From Gemmatimonadota bacterium (GTDB lineage Bacteria > Gemmatimonadota > Gemmatimonadetes > Palauibacterales > Palauibacteraceae), in contig JAGWBR010000002.1 of NCBI GenBank assembly GCA_021295785.1, positions 130,844 through 194,843 of the forward strand: 64,000 nt of DNA, written 5' to 3'. Below, piece after piece: positions 37,327 to 47,658 of this stretch; position 1 is the stretch's first letter; the number at the start of each line of letters is the position of its first letter. A program made the translations under genes and the position numbers. Below the pieces are notes generated by a model that saw only the letters and a program-made list of their open reading frames with translations, had not been told where the DNA came from and did not search any database.

Positions 37327-38829
37327 TTGAAAGAGAATAGCCAGCGTGCCTTGATCGTTCCCCTCCGGGGCGATCAGGGTTCTGGCTCCGACGGCGATCC
37401 TGCTACCGGTCGGGACTGCACTCTTTTCGGGACTGCCGCGACTTCCCCTGACCAATCACGCGAGTGGTGGTCGGATGCCGCGGCCACATGGCTGGACGGC
37501 CTCCGTGGTGCCGGCGAGGCGTCGGATTGGATCAGCCTGGGCCGCGACGACCAGCCCAATGTGTTCGCCGTCCGGGGCGCTGCTCGCAGGGACCGCCCGG
37601 TTGCCGAAACCTTCAGGCGAGCAGCCGGTATCGGGATAAGAGCAGCCCGCCAGCGAGGCATGGACGAAGCGGTGTTTGTGATGCCGCCCGGACTGGGCGA
37701 CCAGCAGTGGCAGGCGGCGGCCGAAGGGCTGGAACTCGGGGACTGGCGAATGGACCGCTTTTTCTCGGAAGACCAGCGCGGGCACGCACCGCCCCGGCGT
37801 TCGCTGCGAGAGTCTGGCCCGGCCGAGGGCACGCCCCCCGCGCGCCGCCAGGCGGTCCGCCGCGGTCGCATTCTGGCCCGGGCGCAAAACGTGGCCCGCG
37901 AACTGGTGGCCCTTCCGGGCAACGAGCTGACCCCGGCCGCGCTGGCGGAGTTTGCTCGGCGGGAGGCGGACGAAACCGGGTTTGCGGTGGAAGTGTGGGA
38001 GGAAGGCCGCTTGCGGGAGGAGGGATTCGGAGCCATCCTGGCCGTCGCGGCAGGGTCGGAGCAGCCACCCCGCCTGATTGTGGCGGAACACAGTGGCCGA
38101 GGGGGCGACCCGGTCGTCTTGGTGGGGAAGGGCGTGACATTCGACACCGGGGGGATCTCCCTCAAGCCGCCTGCGAAGATGGGAGACATGAAATATGACA
38201 TGGCCGGGGCCGCGGCCGCCCTCTGCTGCATCCGTGCCGCGGCGCAGTTGGACATCCCCCAGCGACTGATAGCCGTGGTGCCGGCCGTCGAGAACATGCC
38301 GTCGGGGCGGGCCGTGAAACCTGGCGACGTGGTAGTCGGCCTGTCCGGGAAATCGATGGAGGTGGACAACACCGACGCGGAAGGGCGGTTGATCCTGTCG
38401 GACGCTCTGACCTTTGCCCGGGAGCTCTCGCCCGCGGCGATCCTGGACTTTGCCACGCTGACTGGCGCCTGCGTCGTAGCACTCGGCAAACACTGTGCGG
38501 CGGTAATGACACGGCATCCCGAGATCGCGGACGACCTGGGGCGCGCCGGGACGCAAACCGGAGAGCGCACCTGGCCCCTGCCGCTCTGGACGGACTACCG
38601 GGGGCAGATCGACTCGGAGATCGCCGATGTGAAGAACACGGGTGGCCGGGCGGCGGGGACGATTACGGCCGGTCTTTTTCTGGCGGAATTTGTGGGTGAC
38701 GACGTGCCCTGGGCCCACCTGGACATTGCGGGAGTGGCGTGGTCCGAAAAGGCTGGAGGGTGGCAGCCCGCCGGCCCGGCCGGGTACGGGGTGCGCCTGG
38801 CCCACGAATGGCTGCGCATCCGCGGCTGA
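37327..38829 (+). CDS. pepA: leucyl aminopeptidase (M17)
   Basis: VGKGVTFDTGGISLKP, NTDAEGRLILSDAL. TTG start 37327 is uncertain. Confidence 0.9.
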   Translation: MKENSQRALIVPLRGDQGSGSDGDPATGRDCTLFGTAATSPDQSREWWSDAAATWLDGLRGAGEASDWISLGRDDQPNVFAVRGAARRDRPVAETFRRAAGIGIRAARQRGMDEAVFVMPPGLGDQQWQAAAEGLELGDWRMDRFFSEDQRGHAPPRRSLRESGPAEGTPPARRQAVRRGRILARAQNVARELVALPGNELTPAALAEFARREADETGFAVEVWEEGRLREEGFGAILAVAAGSEQPPRLIVAEHSGRGGDPVVLVGKGVTFDTGGISLKPPAKMGDMKYDMAGAAAALCCIRAAAQLDIPQRLIAVVPAVENMPSGRAVKPGDVVVGLSGKSMEVDNTDAEGRLILSDALTFARELSPAAILDFATLTGACVVALGKHCAAVMTRHPEIADDLGRAGTQTGERTWPLPLWTDYRGQIDSEIADVKNTGGRAAGTITAGLFLAEFVGDDVPWAHLDIAGVAWSEKAGGWQPAGPAGYGVRLAHEWLRIRG

Positions 38830-40838
38830 CGCCCCCGGGAGGGGCACTCGCGGCGGTCTGGCTGGCAGCGGTTTTGATGTTGCCCGGCCGGGTCAGCGCA
38901 CAGGACCCGCCACCGCCGGATTCGATTCCTTCTGACAGCGCTCAGGCAGTGGCCGACAGCCTGGCCGCCGACACAACGGAAGCAACGGTCGCCATCCGCG
39001 AACCGACCTTCCCCGCACGCATGGCCCACCTTCGGGGACCTTCGCACGAAGTGTTCGTGTGCGACCGCCAGTGCCTCCACTCGTCATCCGCCCTCACCCT
39101 GCTTGAGCTGCTGATTGAGCGCGTGCCTGGAATAACCGGCCTGAGGGCCGAGTATTTCGGGGGCCCGCACCACGCCATGGACGGGATGTTCGGCGCCGGA
39201 TTCGGGGGGCTGTACATCGACGGGCAACCCATTTCGCCGATGGAAAGCGGTCAGGCCGATCTGCGCCGATTGACCCTGAACTACCTGGAAGAGGTGCGAG
39301 TCTTACGCGGTGCGGACGGCCTGGTCATTGACGCGTCCACCTCCGCCCACGACGGCGGGGAGGCTTATTCGCGCATCAACGGGGCAACCGGCGATCCGCA
39401 GCTCGAGGGTATCGAGGGGGTGTTCGCCAACGGTTTCGGAGACATCACGGTAGTGGAGACGTCCTTCTCGCTCCTCAACCTGGCCCGGGACGACAATCCG
39501 AGCGACCGGTTTTCGGCGCTGGCCCGGGTCAGCGTGATGCCGTGGTCGAACCGCCTCGGGTTCCAGATGGAGTATCGCGGGGGCACGCTGAAACGTGAAG
39601 GAACGGACAATGCCGACCTGACGTTCGGTTCAACCACGCTCAGGGTCCGCGGGAACGTGGGTGATCACTTCCAGGCGGAAGGGTTTGCCCGCCGGGCATC
39701 GCGAAGTGCCGAGATCGATCAGGTCATCATCGAAGAAGACACGATCACCGCCGAGTCCTGGGCGTCCGAAGCGATCGGAATCAGTGCGGTGGCTCAGAAA
39801 TGGGGCGGGACCCTGACCGGCGCATACTCACTGGGCAGTGGCTTGGCCCAGCCGCGGCAGCAGGGAAGTGTGGGGGCTTGGTACAGGTGGGGGCCGCTGG
39901 CGGCGGAGCTGGGTGTGGAGTTCCGGCAGCTGGGGGACTCCCTTGCGCTGGACTACCCGGCCCCGCCCCTCGCCCCGGACCCCGACCCCGGGGAACCAGA
40001 CTCGGGTCTGGGGGACCCCGGTGATGACCAGTTGACCGCGACCGCCCCTTTTTACGGTCGGCTCTCCGGGAGCCATGGCGCGATTTCCTCTTCGGTGCGG
40101 CGGGCCGGCCTCTCGTTTTCCGACACGCTGTTGTGGTTCCCGGTCAGCGCACGGGTTTTCCACGCCGACGGGGTGCAGGCAGTGCCGTTCGCGGCCATGG
40201 CCAGGGCGGACACGCTTCCGTTTGCTTCGTCCGGGGCATCGCTGGAAATCGGACTGGGCCCCTACATCCTTGGGGGCCGGGTGAACAGGCAGTCCGTAGA
40301 CCGTCAACTGGGGTTCGGGGCTGTTTTTGACACTGCCGCGTTCTTCTGGCCCGGAGAGAACGAAATCAAGGGTTGGGAGGCGCGGTTCACCGGGCCCCTG
40401 ATCCCCCTGAATCTGATGATGCCCGGCGTGAACCCGATAGTGTTGCGCGGTTCGTGGCGCCGCAACACGATCGTCAGCGGTCAGCCCCTGTACGTGCCCG
40501 AGAACCACGGACACATCGAACTCCTGTTCAACGACACGTTTTTCAGCGGAAATCTGGAGATCTGGCTCGGGGGTGCGATGGAGTTGCGCGGCACCCGCAT
40601 CCACCCCGTGGTAGTTGCGGGGGAGCTGGAAGAGGGGGGGGAGGTGGTCGAGGTGGGTGACTTGGTCCAGATGAACACGGATTCCTGGTCAATGGCGTGG
40701 TTCACGTTCAAGATCGCGAGCTTCAGGTTCTTCTGGCGCGTCAGCAACCCGTCGGTCGCGGACATTTTCGATTTTCGACAGGTCTTCTTCCCGCCCCAGA
40801 TCAACGTGTTTGGTCTTCGCTGGGAGTTCCACAACTGA
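38808..40838 (+). CDS. hypothetical outer-membrane beta-barrel protein with TonB-dependent-receptor-plug-like N-terminal region
   Basis: ATG 38808 gives the signal MAAHPRLTPPGGALAAVWLAAVLMLPGRVSAQ. Plug-like LLELLIERVPGITGLR...YIDGQPI...VEEVRVLRGADG. C-terminal FGLRWEFHN. Overlaps the pepA 3' end by 22 nt. Confidence 0.6.
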   Translation: MAAHPRLTPPGGALAAVWLAAVLMLPGRVSAQDPPPPDSIPSDSAQAVADSLAADTTEATVAIREPTFPARMAHLRGPSHEVFVCDRQCLHSSSALTLLELLIERVPGITGLRAEYFGGPHHAMDGMFGAGFGGLYIDGQPISPMESGQADLRRLTLNYLEEVRVLRGADGLVIDASTSAHDGGEAYSRINGATGDPQLEGIEGVFANGFGDITVVETSFSLLNLARDDNPSDRFSALARVSVMPWSNRLGFQMEYRGGTLKREGTDNADLTFGSTTLRVRGNVGDHFQAEGFARRASRSAEIDQVIIEEDTITAESWASEAIGISAVAQKWGGTLTGAYSLGSGLAQPRQQGSVGAWYRWGPLAAELGVEFRQLGDSLALDYPAPPLAPDPDPGEPDSGLGDPGDDQLTATAPFYGRLSGSHGAISSSVRRAGLSFSDTLLWFPVSARVFHADGVQAVPFAAMARADTLPFASSGASLEIGLGPYILGGRVNRQSVDRQLGFGAVFDTAAFFWPGENEIKGWEARFTGPLIPLNLMMPGVNPIVLRGSWRRNTIVSGQPLYVPENHGHIELLFNDTFFSGNLEIWLGGAMELRGTRIHPVVVAGELEEGGEVVEVGDLVQMNTDSWSMAWFTFKIASFRFFWRVSNPSVADIFDFRQVFFPPQINVFGLRWEFHN

Positions 40839-40849
40839 CGCTCCGGAGC

Positions 40850-41716
40850 ATGACCGGATTCGGGTCCGCTTCCGCGGAATTCGACGGGGCGTCCCTGACC
40901 GTCGAGATGAAGTCGGTGAACGGACGTGGTTTCTCATTTTTGTTCAAAGCGCCGAGTTCGCTCGCGCCGCACGAAGAAGCGGTGCGCGCCCGCGTAACCA
41001 AGTCAGCAGGCCGGGGACGGGTCACCATGAATGTGTCGGTGGAGGATGCCCGGGCCGCGGGGCAGGTTACGCTTGACGTGGAACGAATACGGGCGGTGTT
41101 GGACGAATGGGAAAAGGTGAGCGGCGAGATCGAATATGGAAACCGGCCTGCCCCCGGTGACCTGCTGCGTATTCCCGGGGCGCTGAAGACTGCCGAGAAA
41201 CCGCCACTGGAACCGCCACCCCCGGACGTGCTGATGGACGCGGTGGAGCGGGCGCTTGCCGGGTTGATCGAGATGAGGGATCGCGAGGGCCGTGCGCTGG
41301 CCGCCGACCTCCGCGGGCGCATCGCGGCCCTGACCGAGGCCCTGGACGAAGCCGAACGCCTCGCTCCGAAGCGGCTCGAGCGCGAGCGGGAACGCATTCG
41401 GGCAGCGGTGGAGGAACTGGCGGGATCAGGTCTCGACGACGACCGCCTGGCCCGCGAACTGGCCATCCTCGCCGATCGCCGCGACGTTGCCGAGGAAATA
41501 GTCCGGGGGAGGGCTCACCTGGAGGGGTTTCTGGCGTACCTGGAACTACCGGCCGGGGAGCCGGTCGGCAAGAGACTCGCCTTCCTGGTGCAGGAAATGC
41601 ACCGCGAGTTCAATACTCTCGGGGCCAAGGCCAACGACCCGGAGTTGTCGGCCGTGGTGATCGAAGCCAGAAATGAGGTCGAAAAGCTCCGGGAACAGGT
41701 GGAAAACGTCGAGTAG
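40850..41716 (+). CDS. yicC: YicC family stress-induced protein
   Basis: MTGFGSA.., C-terminal EMHREFNTLGAKA..EKLREQVENVE. Confidence 0.88.
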   Translation: MTGFGSASAEFDGASLTVEMKSVNGRGFSFLFKAPSSLAPHEEAVRARVTKSAGRGRVTMNVSVEDARAAGQVTLDVERIRAVLDEWEKVSGEIEYGNRPAPGDLLRIPGALKTAEKPPLEPPPPDVLMDAVERALAGLIEMRDREGRALAADLRGRIAALTEALDEAERLAPKRLERERERIRAAVEELAGSGLDDDRLARELAILADRRDVAEEIVRGRAHLEGFLAYLELPAGEPVGKRLAFLVQEMHREFNTLGAKANDPELSAVVIEARNEVEKLREQVENVE

Positions 41717-42393
41717 TGCGTCCCCCGGCAGTGGTTCTTTCGGGTCCGTCGGGTGCGGGCAAGACCACCGTCGCCCGTGCCCTTCAGTGCGCCTCTCCGG
41801 GCGAACTTCATTTTGGCGTCTCCGCCACCACTCGCCCCCCCCGCCCGTCGGAAACGGACGGCCGGGATTACAGGTTCGTGTCTCGCCAGGAGTTTGACCG
41901 TTTGCTTGCCGGAGACCGTCTGGTCGAGTGGGCCGAGGTCCACGGCGAAATGTACGGTACGCCCAGGTCTGAACTGGAGCGGGCCCGGCGAGAAGGGCGG
42001 ACCATCCTGCTGGATATCGACCTCAAGGGAGCGAGGCAGGTGAGGGGCCACGAACCGCGGGCGCTGCTCCTGATGGTGTCTCCCCCGACGGGAGGCCTGA
42101 TAGCCGCGCGGCTCCGCGGGCGGTCCACGGAGACCTCCGACCAGATTGCGCGGCGGCTTGCGGAAGCGAAAGAAGAGTTGGTGGCGGCACCGGAGTTTGA
42201 CTACCTGATCATCAACGACACGGTTGAGGAGGCTGTGTCGCAGGCCCTGGCCGCGCTCCGGGCAGTGGGAGAGGACCCGGCGGAGCAATCAGGCCAAGGG
42301 CAGTCGAGACCGCTGCCGATGGACCGCGGCGGGGCAGAGGTTGCCGCCCGTTTGCTTGCCGAACTGGCCGCCGCGGTTCGGTCGGATGCTTGA
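41716..42393 (+). CDS. gmk: guanylate kinase (with ~35-aa C-terminal extension)
   Basis: GPSGAGKTT, ATTRPPRPSETDGRDYRFV. Confidence 0.92.
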   Translation: MRPPAVVLSGPSGAGKTTVARALQCASPGELHFGVSATTRPPRPSETDGRDYRFVSRQEFDRLLAGDRLVEWAEVHGEMYGTPRSELERARREGRTILLDIDLKGARQVRGHEPRALLLMVSPPTGGLIAARLRGRSTETSDQIARRLAEAKEELVAAPEFDYLIINDTVEEAVSQALAALRAVGEDPAEQSGQGQSRPLPMDRGGAEVAARLLAELAAAVRSDA

Positions 42394-42512
42394 CCCTGCT
42401 CACCTGGTCGCGTTAGCGAAACCACGCCAGAAAAGATATCTTTAACAGCTACACTGGAACCGTTGCGTGGTCACCAGGAGCCCTTCCCGGACCAGAGAAT
42501 CAGGATTTTGCG

Positions 42513-42791
42513 ATGAAGGTATTCACTCCCCAGGAGCTGTCCGATGCCGTGGCCCGAAGGTCGGAAGAAGAGGCAGCCGGGCCGGGGCCGGTGGGCAACA
42601 AGTATCTGGCCGTCTTGGTGGCGGCGCGTTACGCCAGAGAGCTCAACGCGCCTTTTTTCGCCGGCGCGGCCCTGGGTGTCGGGACCGGCAGGCCGAAAAA
42701 GGTCACCACCAGGGCGCTGGAGGACATGGTCTCATCCGAGCGCAACCTTCAGTGTCGTGTTCTCCGCCGGGAGGGCGTAGCGGGGATCTGA
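42513..42791 (+). CDS. rpoZ: DNA-directed RNA polymerase subunit omega
   Basis: NKYLAVLVAARYAREL. Conserved gmk-rpoZ-coaBC order. Confidence 0.85.
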   Translation: MKVFTPQELSDAVARRSEEEAAGPGPVGNKYLAVLVAARYARELNAPFFAGAALGVGTGRPKKVTTRALEDMVSSERNLQCRVLRREGVAGI

Positions 42792-42812
42792 CCGTTACCC
42801 GGGCGCGTATCC

Positions 42813-44021
42813 ATGCGTCCGTTTGACGGGAAGCGAGTCCTCCTGGTGGTCACCGGGGGGATCGCTGCCTACAAGGGCGCTTTCCTGGCGCGCCGCCTCC
42901 TCGAGGCGGGAACCACGGTTGAGGCTGTTCTCACCGAAGCGGCGGAGAAGTTCATTGGCCGGGCGACTCTCGCCGGGATTACGGGCCAAGACACCGGCGT
43001 TTCGCTCTGGGACCGCCCCATGGAGCACTTGGACGCGGGCAAGAGGGCCGACCTGATTATCGTCGCACCCGCAACCGCCGATTTCATGGCCCAAATGGCG
43101 GTCGGACGGGCAGACGGACTGGCGCAGGCACTGATTCTGGCGGCGGACTGCCCCATCATGGTGTGCCCCGCCATGAACTCCCGGATGTGGCACCATCCGG
43201 CTACCCGGCGCAACGCCAGCACCCTCGCCGCCCACGGGGTTCTGTTTTGCGGGCCGGGTGACGGTCCGCTGGCGGAGGGCGAGACCGGCCCGGGGCGCAT
43301 GACCGAACCCCAGGAGATCGTTGCGGCCGCGAGCCGCGCGTTGGAACCGGACAACTCGCTGGATGGTGTCAAGGTGGTGGTGACTGCGGGCGGCACCCGT
43401 GCCGACATCGATCCCGTGAGGTTCATCGGAAATCGCTCTTCCGGCAGGATGGGCGATGAACTTGCCTCTGCTGCCTGGCGCCGCGGAGGAGATGTGGTCT
43501 TGATCCGGGGCTCCGGTTCGGCGCCTGTCCCGGCGGGTCCGCGCGTGGTTGGCGCCGCGACGCCGCGCCGCATGCTTGACGTTCTCATGGCCGAGCTCCC
43601 CGGTTCCGCCGCTCTGTTCATGGCGGCCGCGGTGTCTGATTTTGAACCGGAAAACGTCGCGTCCCGGAAACTCGGGAAACTGGCCCTGGAGTCTGATGCG
43701 TCGGTGAACATGGCACTGCAAATGGGCCCGGATCTGCTCGAAGAGACCAGGTCTCTGAGACGGGAACACGGTGTGTTCACGCTGGGATTCGCGCTCGAGA
43801 CCGAGGATATCGAGGCTCGCGCAAGGGAGAAGCTGGTGCGGAAGGGTCTGCATGCGGTCGCGGCCAATCCGGCGGGCCAACCCGGTGCGGGACCTGAGAG
43901 CCCGACCAACCGTATCACGCTGGTATGGCCCGGGAGAGACCCCGAGAACCTTGGCAGCGGGCCGAAACGGCAACTGGCGGAGGCGTTGCTCGACCGTCTG
44001 ATCCCCCAGATCGGTCCTTGA
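42813..44021 (+). CDS. coaBC: bifunctional phosphopantothenoylcysteine decarboxylase / phosphopantothenate-cysteine ligase
   Basis: LLVVTGGIAAYK, IVAPATADFMAQMA, VTAGGTRADIDPVRFIGNRSSGRMG. Confidence 0.94.
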   Translation: MRPFDGKRVLLVVTGGIAAYKGAFLARRLLEAGTTVEAVLTEAAEKFIGRATLAGITGQDTGVSLWDRPMEHLDAGKRADLIIVAPATADFMAQMAVGRADGLAQALILAADCPIMVCPAMNSRMWHHPATRRNASTLAAHGVLFCGPGDGPLAEGETGPGRMTEPQEIVAAASRALEPDNSLDGVKVVVTAGGTRADIDPVRFIGNRSSGRMGDELASAAWRRGGDVVLIRGSGSAPVPAGPRVVGAATPRRMLDVLMAELPGSAALFMAAAVSDFEPENVASRKLGKLALESDASVNMALQMGPDLLEETRSLRREHGVFTLGFALETEDIEARAREKLVRKGLHAVAANPAGQPGAGPESPTNRITLVWPGRDPENLGSGPKRQLAEALLDRLIPQIGP

Positions 44022-44842
44022 CCGCGCGCGGTGCGTCACCCCGGGGTGGCAATCCGGCGGCCCTGGCCCGCTTGTACCTGGAACAGGCGTTCGGAGCCGA
44101 ACCGGGCGACGTGGCGCTGGAAACGATGTCTCGGGGCGGTGTGCTGGACGGGTTGGCTGCTGCCGCAAATGAGTCGACTGCCGCGCCGTCCGCGCACGTG
44201 TCCCGTGGCCGGACCGATGCGGTCGAACCCCTGCGGCCCGGTCCGAGCGCACCCACCGATGACGAGATCTCGGCGGCGAGCACGCTGGAGGAGGTGGCGG
44301 CATTGGTCGGCCGGTGCACCCGGTGCGAGCTGCATGCTTCCCGGGGCAACCCCGTGCCGGGGGCGGGACCGGCGAGCGCCCGGGTGGTCTGCGTTGGCGA
44401 GGCGCCCGGCAAGACGGAAGACGAGACCGGCCTGCCTTTCGTGGGAAGGGCGGGGCAGTTGTTGGACCGGCTGCTGATGTCGGTCGGGATGCCGCGGGAA
44501 TCGGTGTTCGTGTGCAACGTGCTCAAATCCAGGCCGCCACGGAACCGGGACCCCCTCCCGCCCGAGATCGCCGCCTGCAATCCCTTTCTGCTCAAGCAGC
44601 TTTCGATTATTGGTCCGCGGGTGATCGTGGCGTTCGGGGCGTTCGCCGCCCGGACGTTGCTCGACACATCCGAGGCCCTTGGCCGGTTGCGAGACGCACA
44701 ACACAGCTATGCGGGTTATCCTGTGGTTGTGACCTACCATCCCGCTGCACTTCTCAGGAATCCGTCCTGGACCCGGCTGGCCTGGGAGGACCTCCAGAAG
44801 GCCCGCGCCTTGCTGGAGGAGGACGAAGGAGCTCCGCGGTGA
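44018..44842 (+). CDS. uracil-DNA glycosylase, family 4, with N-terminal extension
   Basis: CTRCELH, GEAPGKTEDETGLPFVGRAGQLL, VLKSRPPRNRDP, HPAALLR. Start uncertain: TTG 44018 (TTGA overlap with coaBC) or ATG 44126. ORF-track ATG 43925 would overlap coaBC by 97 nt. Confidence 0.85.
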   Translation: MTARGASPRGGNPAALARLYLEQAFGAEPGDVALETMSRGGVLDGLAAAANESTAAPSAHVSRGRTDAVEPLRPGPSAPTDDEISAASTLEEVAALVGRCTRCELHASRGNPVPGAGPASARVVCVGEAPGKTEDETGLPFVGRAGQLLDRLLMSVGMPRESVFVCNVLKSRPPRNRDPLPPEIAACNPFLLKQLSIIGPRVIVAFGAFAARTLLDTSEALGRLRDAQHSYAGYPVVVTYHPAALLRNPSWTRLAWEDLQKARALLEEDEGAPR

Positions 44843-44852
44843 GACCGGCACC

Positions 44853-46247
44853 GTGAGCGGCGACGCGAGCCGCAACGGCGCGGCGCGGCGGATCCCGTGG
44901 TCGGAAGAGGCCGAGGTCAGCGTTCTCGGTGCCATGATCATCGATCGAGACTCGGTAGCGGTCGCTATGGAAGACCTTGACGAGAGTGCCTTTTACCGGG
45001 AGGGGAACCGAAGGGTCTTCCGGGCCATGCGCCGCATCTTCGAGCGGGGCGGGGTGGTGGAGGCGGTTGCCGTAGCGGACGAGCTCCAGTCCTCTGGCGA
45101 CTTGGAAGCGGTGGGCGGCAGCGCGTACCTGGCCAGGTTGGTTGGAGCGGTCCCGCACACCGCCAGCTTTAGCCAGCACTGCAGCATCATCCGCGAAAAG
45201 GCCACTCTCAGACGTCTCATTGAGAGTGCCACCGACATTATTGACGATGCGTACACCTCACCGGCGGGCGAGGTGAGCGAGGCGCTGGACCGGGCGGAGC
45301 AGCGGATCTTCGAAATCGCCGGAATGGAGCGGCGCGGCGGGTTCGTCAGGGTCAAGGAACTTGTGGCCGAGAGCCTCACGGGCATCGACCGGCGGATGAA
45401 GACCCCCGGCATGGTCACCGGCACGCCGACCGGGATCGACTCGCTCGACAACCTGACCGCAGGATTCCAGAAATCCGACTTGATCGTGCTCGCGGGCCGG
45501 CCTTCGATGGGGAAGACCGCTCTGGCCCTGAACATGGCGCTGCACGTGGCGATCAGTCGCCGGATGCCCGTTGCCATCTTCTCCCTGGAAATGTCGCGCG
45601 AGGCGCTGGTCCAGCGGATGCTTTGTTCCGAATCCAAGGTGGACCACAGTCACGTGCGCATCGGGCGACTGAACGACGAGGAATACGACAGATTGGCGAG
45701 AGGGGCCGGACATCTGCACACGGCGCCGATCTGGATCGACGACACCCCGGTGCTGGCGCCCATCGAGCTGCGGGCCAAGTTGCGGCGGCTGATTGCAGAC
45801 TCTGAGGCCGGCGATGTTGGCCTGGTGATCATCGACTACCTGCAGCTGATGACCGGTTCGCGCCGCACCGAGAACCGGCAGCAGGAAATCAGCGATATCT
45901 CGCGGGCCCTCAAGGCCATCTCCCGTGAGACGAGCGTGCCCGTGATGGCGCTGAGTCAGCTGTCCCGGGCACCCGAGCGACGCGACGATTCCAGGCCCCG
46001 GCTGTCGGACCTGAGGGAATCAGGGGCGATTGAGCAGGACGCCGACGTCGTGCTGTTCATCTACCGGGAAGAAATGCACAGCAAGCCGGAGGAAATCCAG
46101 GAGAAGAACCTCCAGGGAAAGGCCGAGCTGATCATTGGGAAGCAGCGGAACGGGCCGACGGGCCGTGTCGATCTGTTCTTCCACAAAGAGTTCACGACCT
46201 TCCGGGAAATTGACCGCCGTCGGGAAGAAGCCGGCGCCGCTCTCTGA
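44853..46247 (+). CDS. dnaB: replicative DNA helicase
   Basis: Walker A GRPSMGKTA, IIDYLQLM, ALSQLSR, RESGAIEQDAD. No intein-sized insertion. Confidence 0.95.
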   Translation: MSGDASRNGAARRIPWSEEAEVSVLGAMIIDRDSVAVAMEDLDESAFYREGNRRVFRAMRRIFERGGVVEAVAVADELQSSGDLEAVGGSAYLARLVGAVPHTASFSQHCSIIREKATLRRLIESATDIIDDAYTSPAGEVSEALDRAEQRIFEIAGMERRGGFVRVKELVAESLTGIDRRMKTPGMVTGTPTGIDSLDNLTAGFQKSDLIVLAGRPSMGKTALALNMALHVAISRRMPVAIFSLEMSREALVQRMLCSESKVDHSHVRIGRLNDEEYDRLARGAGHLHTAPIWIDDTPVLAPIELRAKLRRLIADSEAGDVGLVIIDYLQLMTGSRRTENRQQEISDISRALKAISRETSVPVMALSQLSRAPERRDDSRPRLSDLRESGAIEQDADVVLFIYREEMHSKPEEIQEKNLQGKAELIIGKQRNGPTGRVDLFFHKEFTTFREIDRRREEAGAAL

Positions 46248-46262
46248 CGTGATTGGTCCCAG

Positions 46263-46997
46263 GTGGTGAAAAGCGGGGTGCCTGACCCCGGAATAGTCGC
46301 CATCATAGTCGCCGCCGGCGGAGGAACGCGATTGGGCGAGGGCGCGCCCAAACAGTTCCGAGATTTGGGCGGTCGCCCCATGCTGGCGTGGACTGTCGGT
46401 GCATTCAGAAACCACCCGAACGTCGTGGGCGTGGTTGTTGTGCTGTCCGCCGAAAACGCCGCGTCCCCGCCTTTGTGGTTGCCGCGCGGAGTTGTGGTGG
46501 TGGCGGGCGGGGAGACGCGGGCAGAATCCGTGCGGGCCGGAGTGAATGCGGCCCTCGCGGATTCGGAGGCCTCCGAATCCGCGCGGTTGGTCGTGCTTGT
46601 GCACGACGCGGCCCGGCCGTTCGTTTCGACCGACCTGATCTCGCGGGTTGCGGCAGCGTCGGGCGATGGCCTCGCCGTGCCGGTGCTGCCGATCCCGGAC
46701 TCCGTGAAGCGGGTGGACGCCGGGGGGAGGTTGCAGGGGTCGGTCGACCGCGCTGGGCTCCGGAGGGCGCAAACTCCGCAGGGGGCTCCGGCGGGCGTCC
46801 TGAGGTCGGTGCTGGACCAGTTGGGGCCCGAGGCGCGGACGGCGCTGGACGAAGCCGAGATGGCGCAGAGCTGCGGCGTTCCGGTGGCGGCGGTGGAAGG
46901 GGATCCGGAAAACTTCAAGGTCACGACGGCCCGAGACTTGGAGCACGCCCGGCGCCTTGCCGATTCGGGCATGGTAACGCGGATACCCCTGGGGTGA
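46263..46997 (+). CDS. ispD: 2-C-methyl-D-erythritol 4-phosphate cytidylyltransferase
   Basis: VAAGGGTRLG, VLVHDAARPF. Confidence 0.9.
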   Translation: MVKSGVPDPGIVAIIVAAGGGTRLGEGAPKQFRDLGGRPMLAWTVGAFRNHPNVVGVVVVLSAENAASPPLWLPRGVVVVAGGETRAESVRAGVNAALADSEASESARLVVLVHDAARPFVSTDLISRVAAASGDGLAVPVLPIPDSVKRVDAGGRLQGSVDRAGLRRAQTPQGAPAGVLRSVLDQLGPEARTALDEAEMAQSCGVPVAAVEGDPENFKVTTARDLEHARRLADSGMVTRIPLG

Positions 46998-47022
46998 CCG
47001 CCGCGCCGGTGCCGCCCCGCCG

Positions 47023-47658
47023 TTGACGTTCCGGTGGACCCCGTGGACCGCCGGGGAATCTCCGGTGCCCGGGGCCTGCAGCGGCGAGGACGCTCTTGCC
47101 ACCGCCGCCGAAGTGCTGAACCGGGGGGGAATCTTGGTGCACCCCACCTCCACGCTGTACGGTTTGGGCGGCCGGCCGAATCCCGATATCGACGCCCGGA
47201 TTGCCGGGATCAAGGGCCGCCCGGGCGGTAGTCTGATCCGGCTGGCCGCCACCGCGCACGAGGCGCGCATGGCGGTTCCCCAACGCCAGTGGCCACCGGC
47301 CGCCGCCCGCCTGGCCGGGGCTTTCTGGCCCGGGCCGCTGACCCTGATCGTTTGCCAGGTGGCTATTCGGGTGGATCCCCACCCTGTGCCGGCCGCGCTC
47401 CTTGGGCTCGTGGGGGGCAGTATGACTTCCACCAGCTTCAACCGTACGGGCGACGCCCCGGCAGCTACGGCGGAAGATGTGCGCTCGCTGATGGCTGCCG
47501 TGCAACCGGCCCGGGGTCCCGCAGGTTGGCTGGACGGCCCTCCGAGCCCCGCCGGGGGGCCTCCGTCGACTCTTGTCAGGGTGGACGAAAGTGGAGCGGT
47601 CAAGATCCTGCGTGAGGGGGCGGTACCGGCGGAGGCCGTACGAGAGTTCGCGCCGTGA
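47023..47658 (+). CDS. tsaC: L-threonylcarbamoyladenylate synthase (YrdC/Sua5 family)
   Basis: GGILVHPTSTLYGLGG, TSFNRTG. TTG start. Confidence 0.85.
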   Translation: MTFRWTPWTAGESPVPGACSGEDALATAAEVLNRGGILVHPTSTLYGLGGRPNPDIDARIAGIKGRPGGSLIRLAATAHEARMAVPQRQWPPAAARLAGAFWPGPLTLIVCQVAIRVDPHPVPAALLGLVGGSMTSTSFNRTGDAPAATAEDVRSLMAAVQPARGPAGWLDGPPSPAGGPPSTLVRVDESGAVKILREGAVPAEAVREFAP

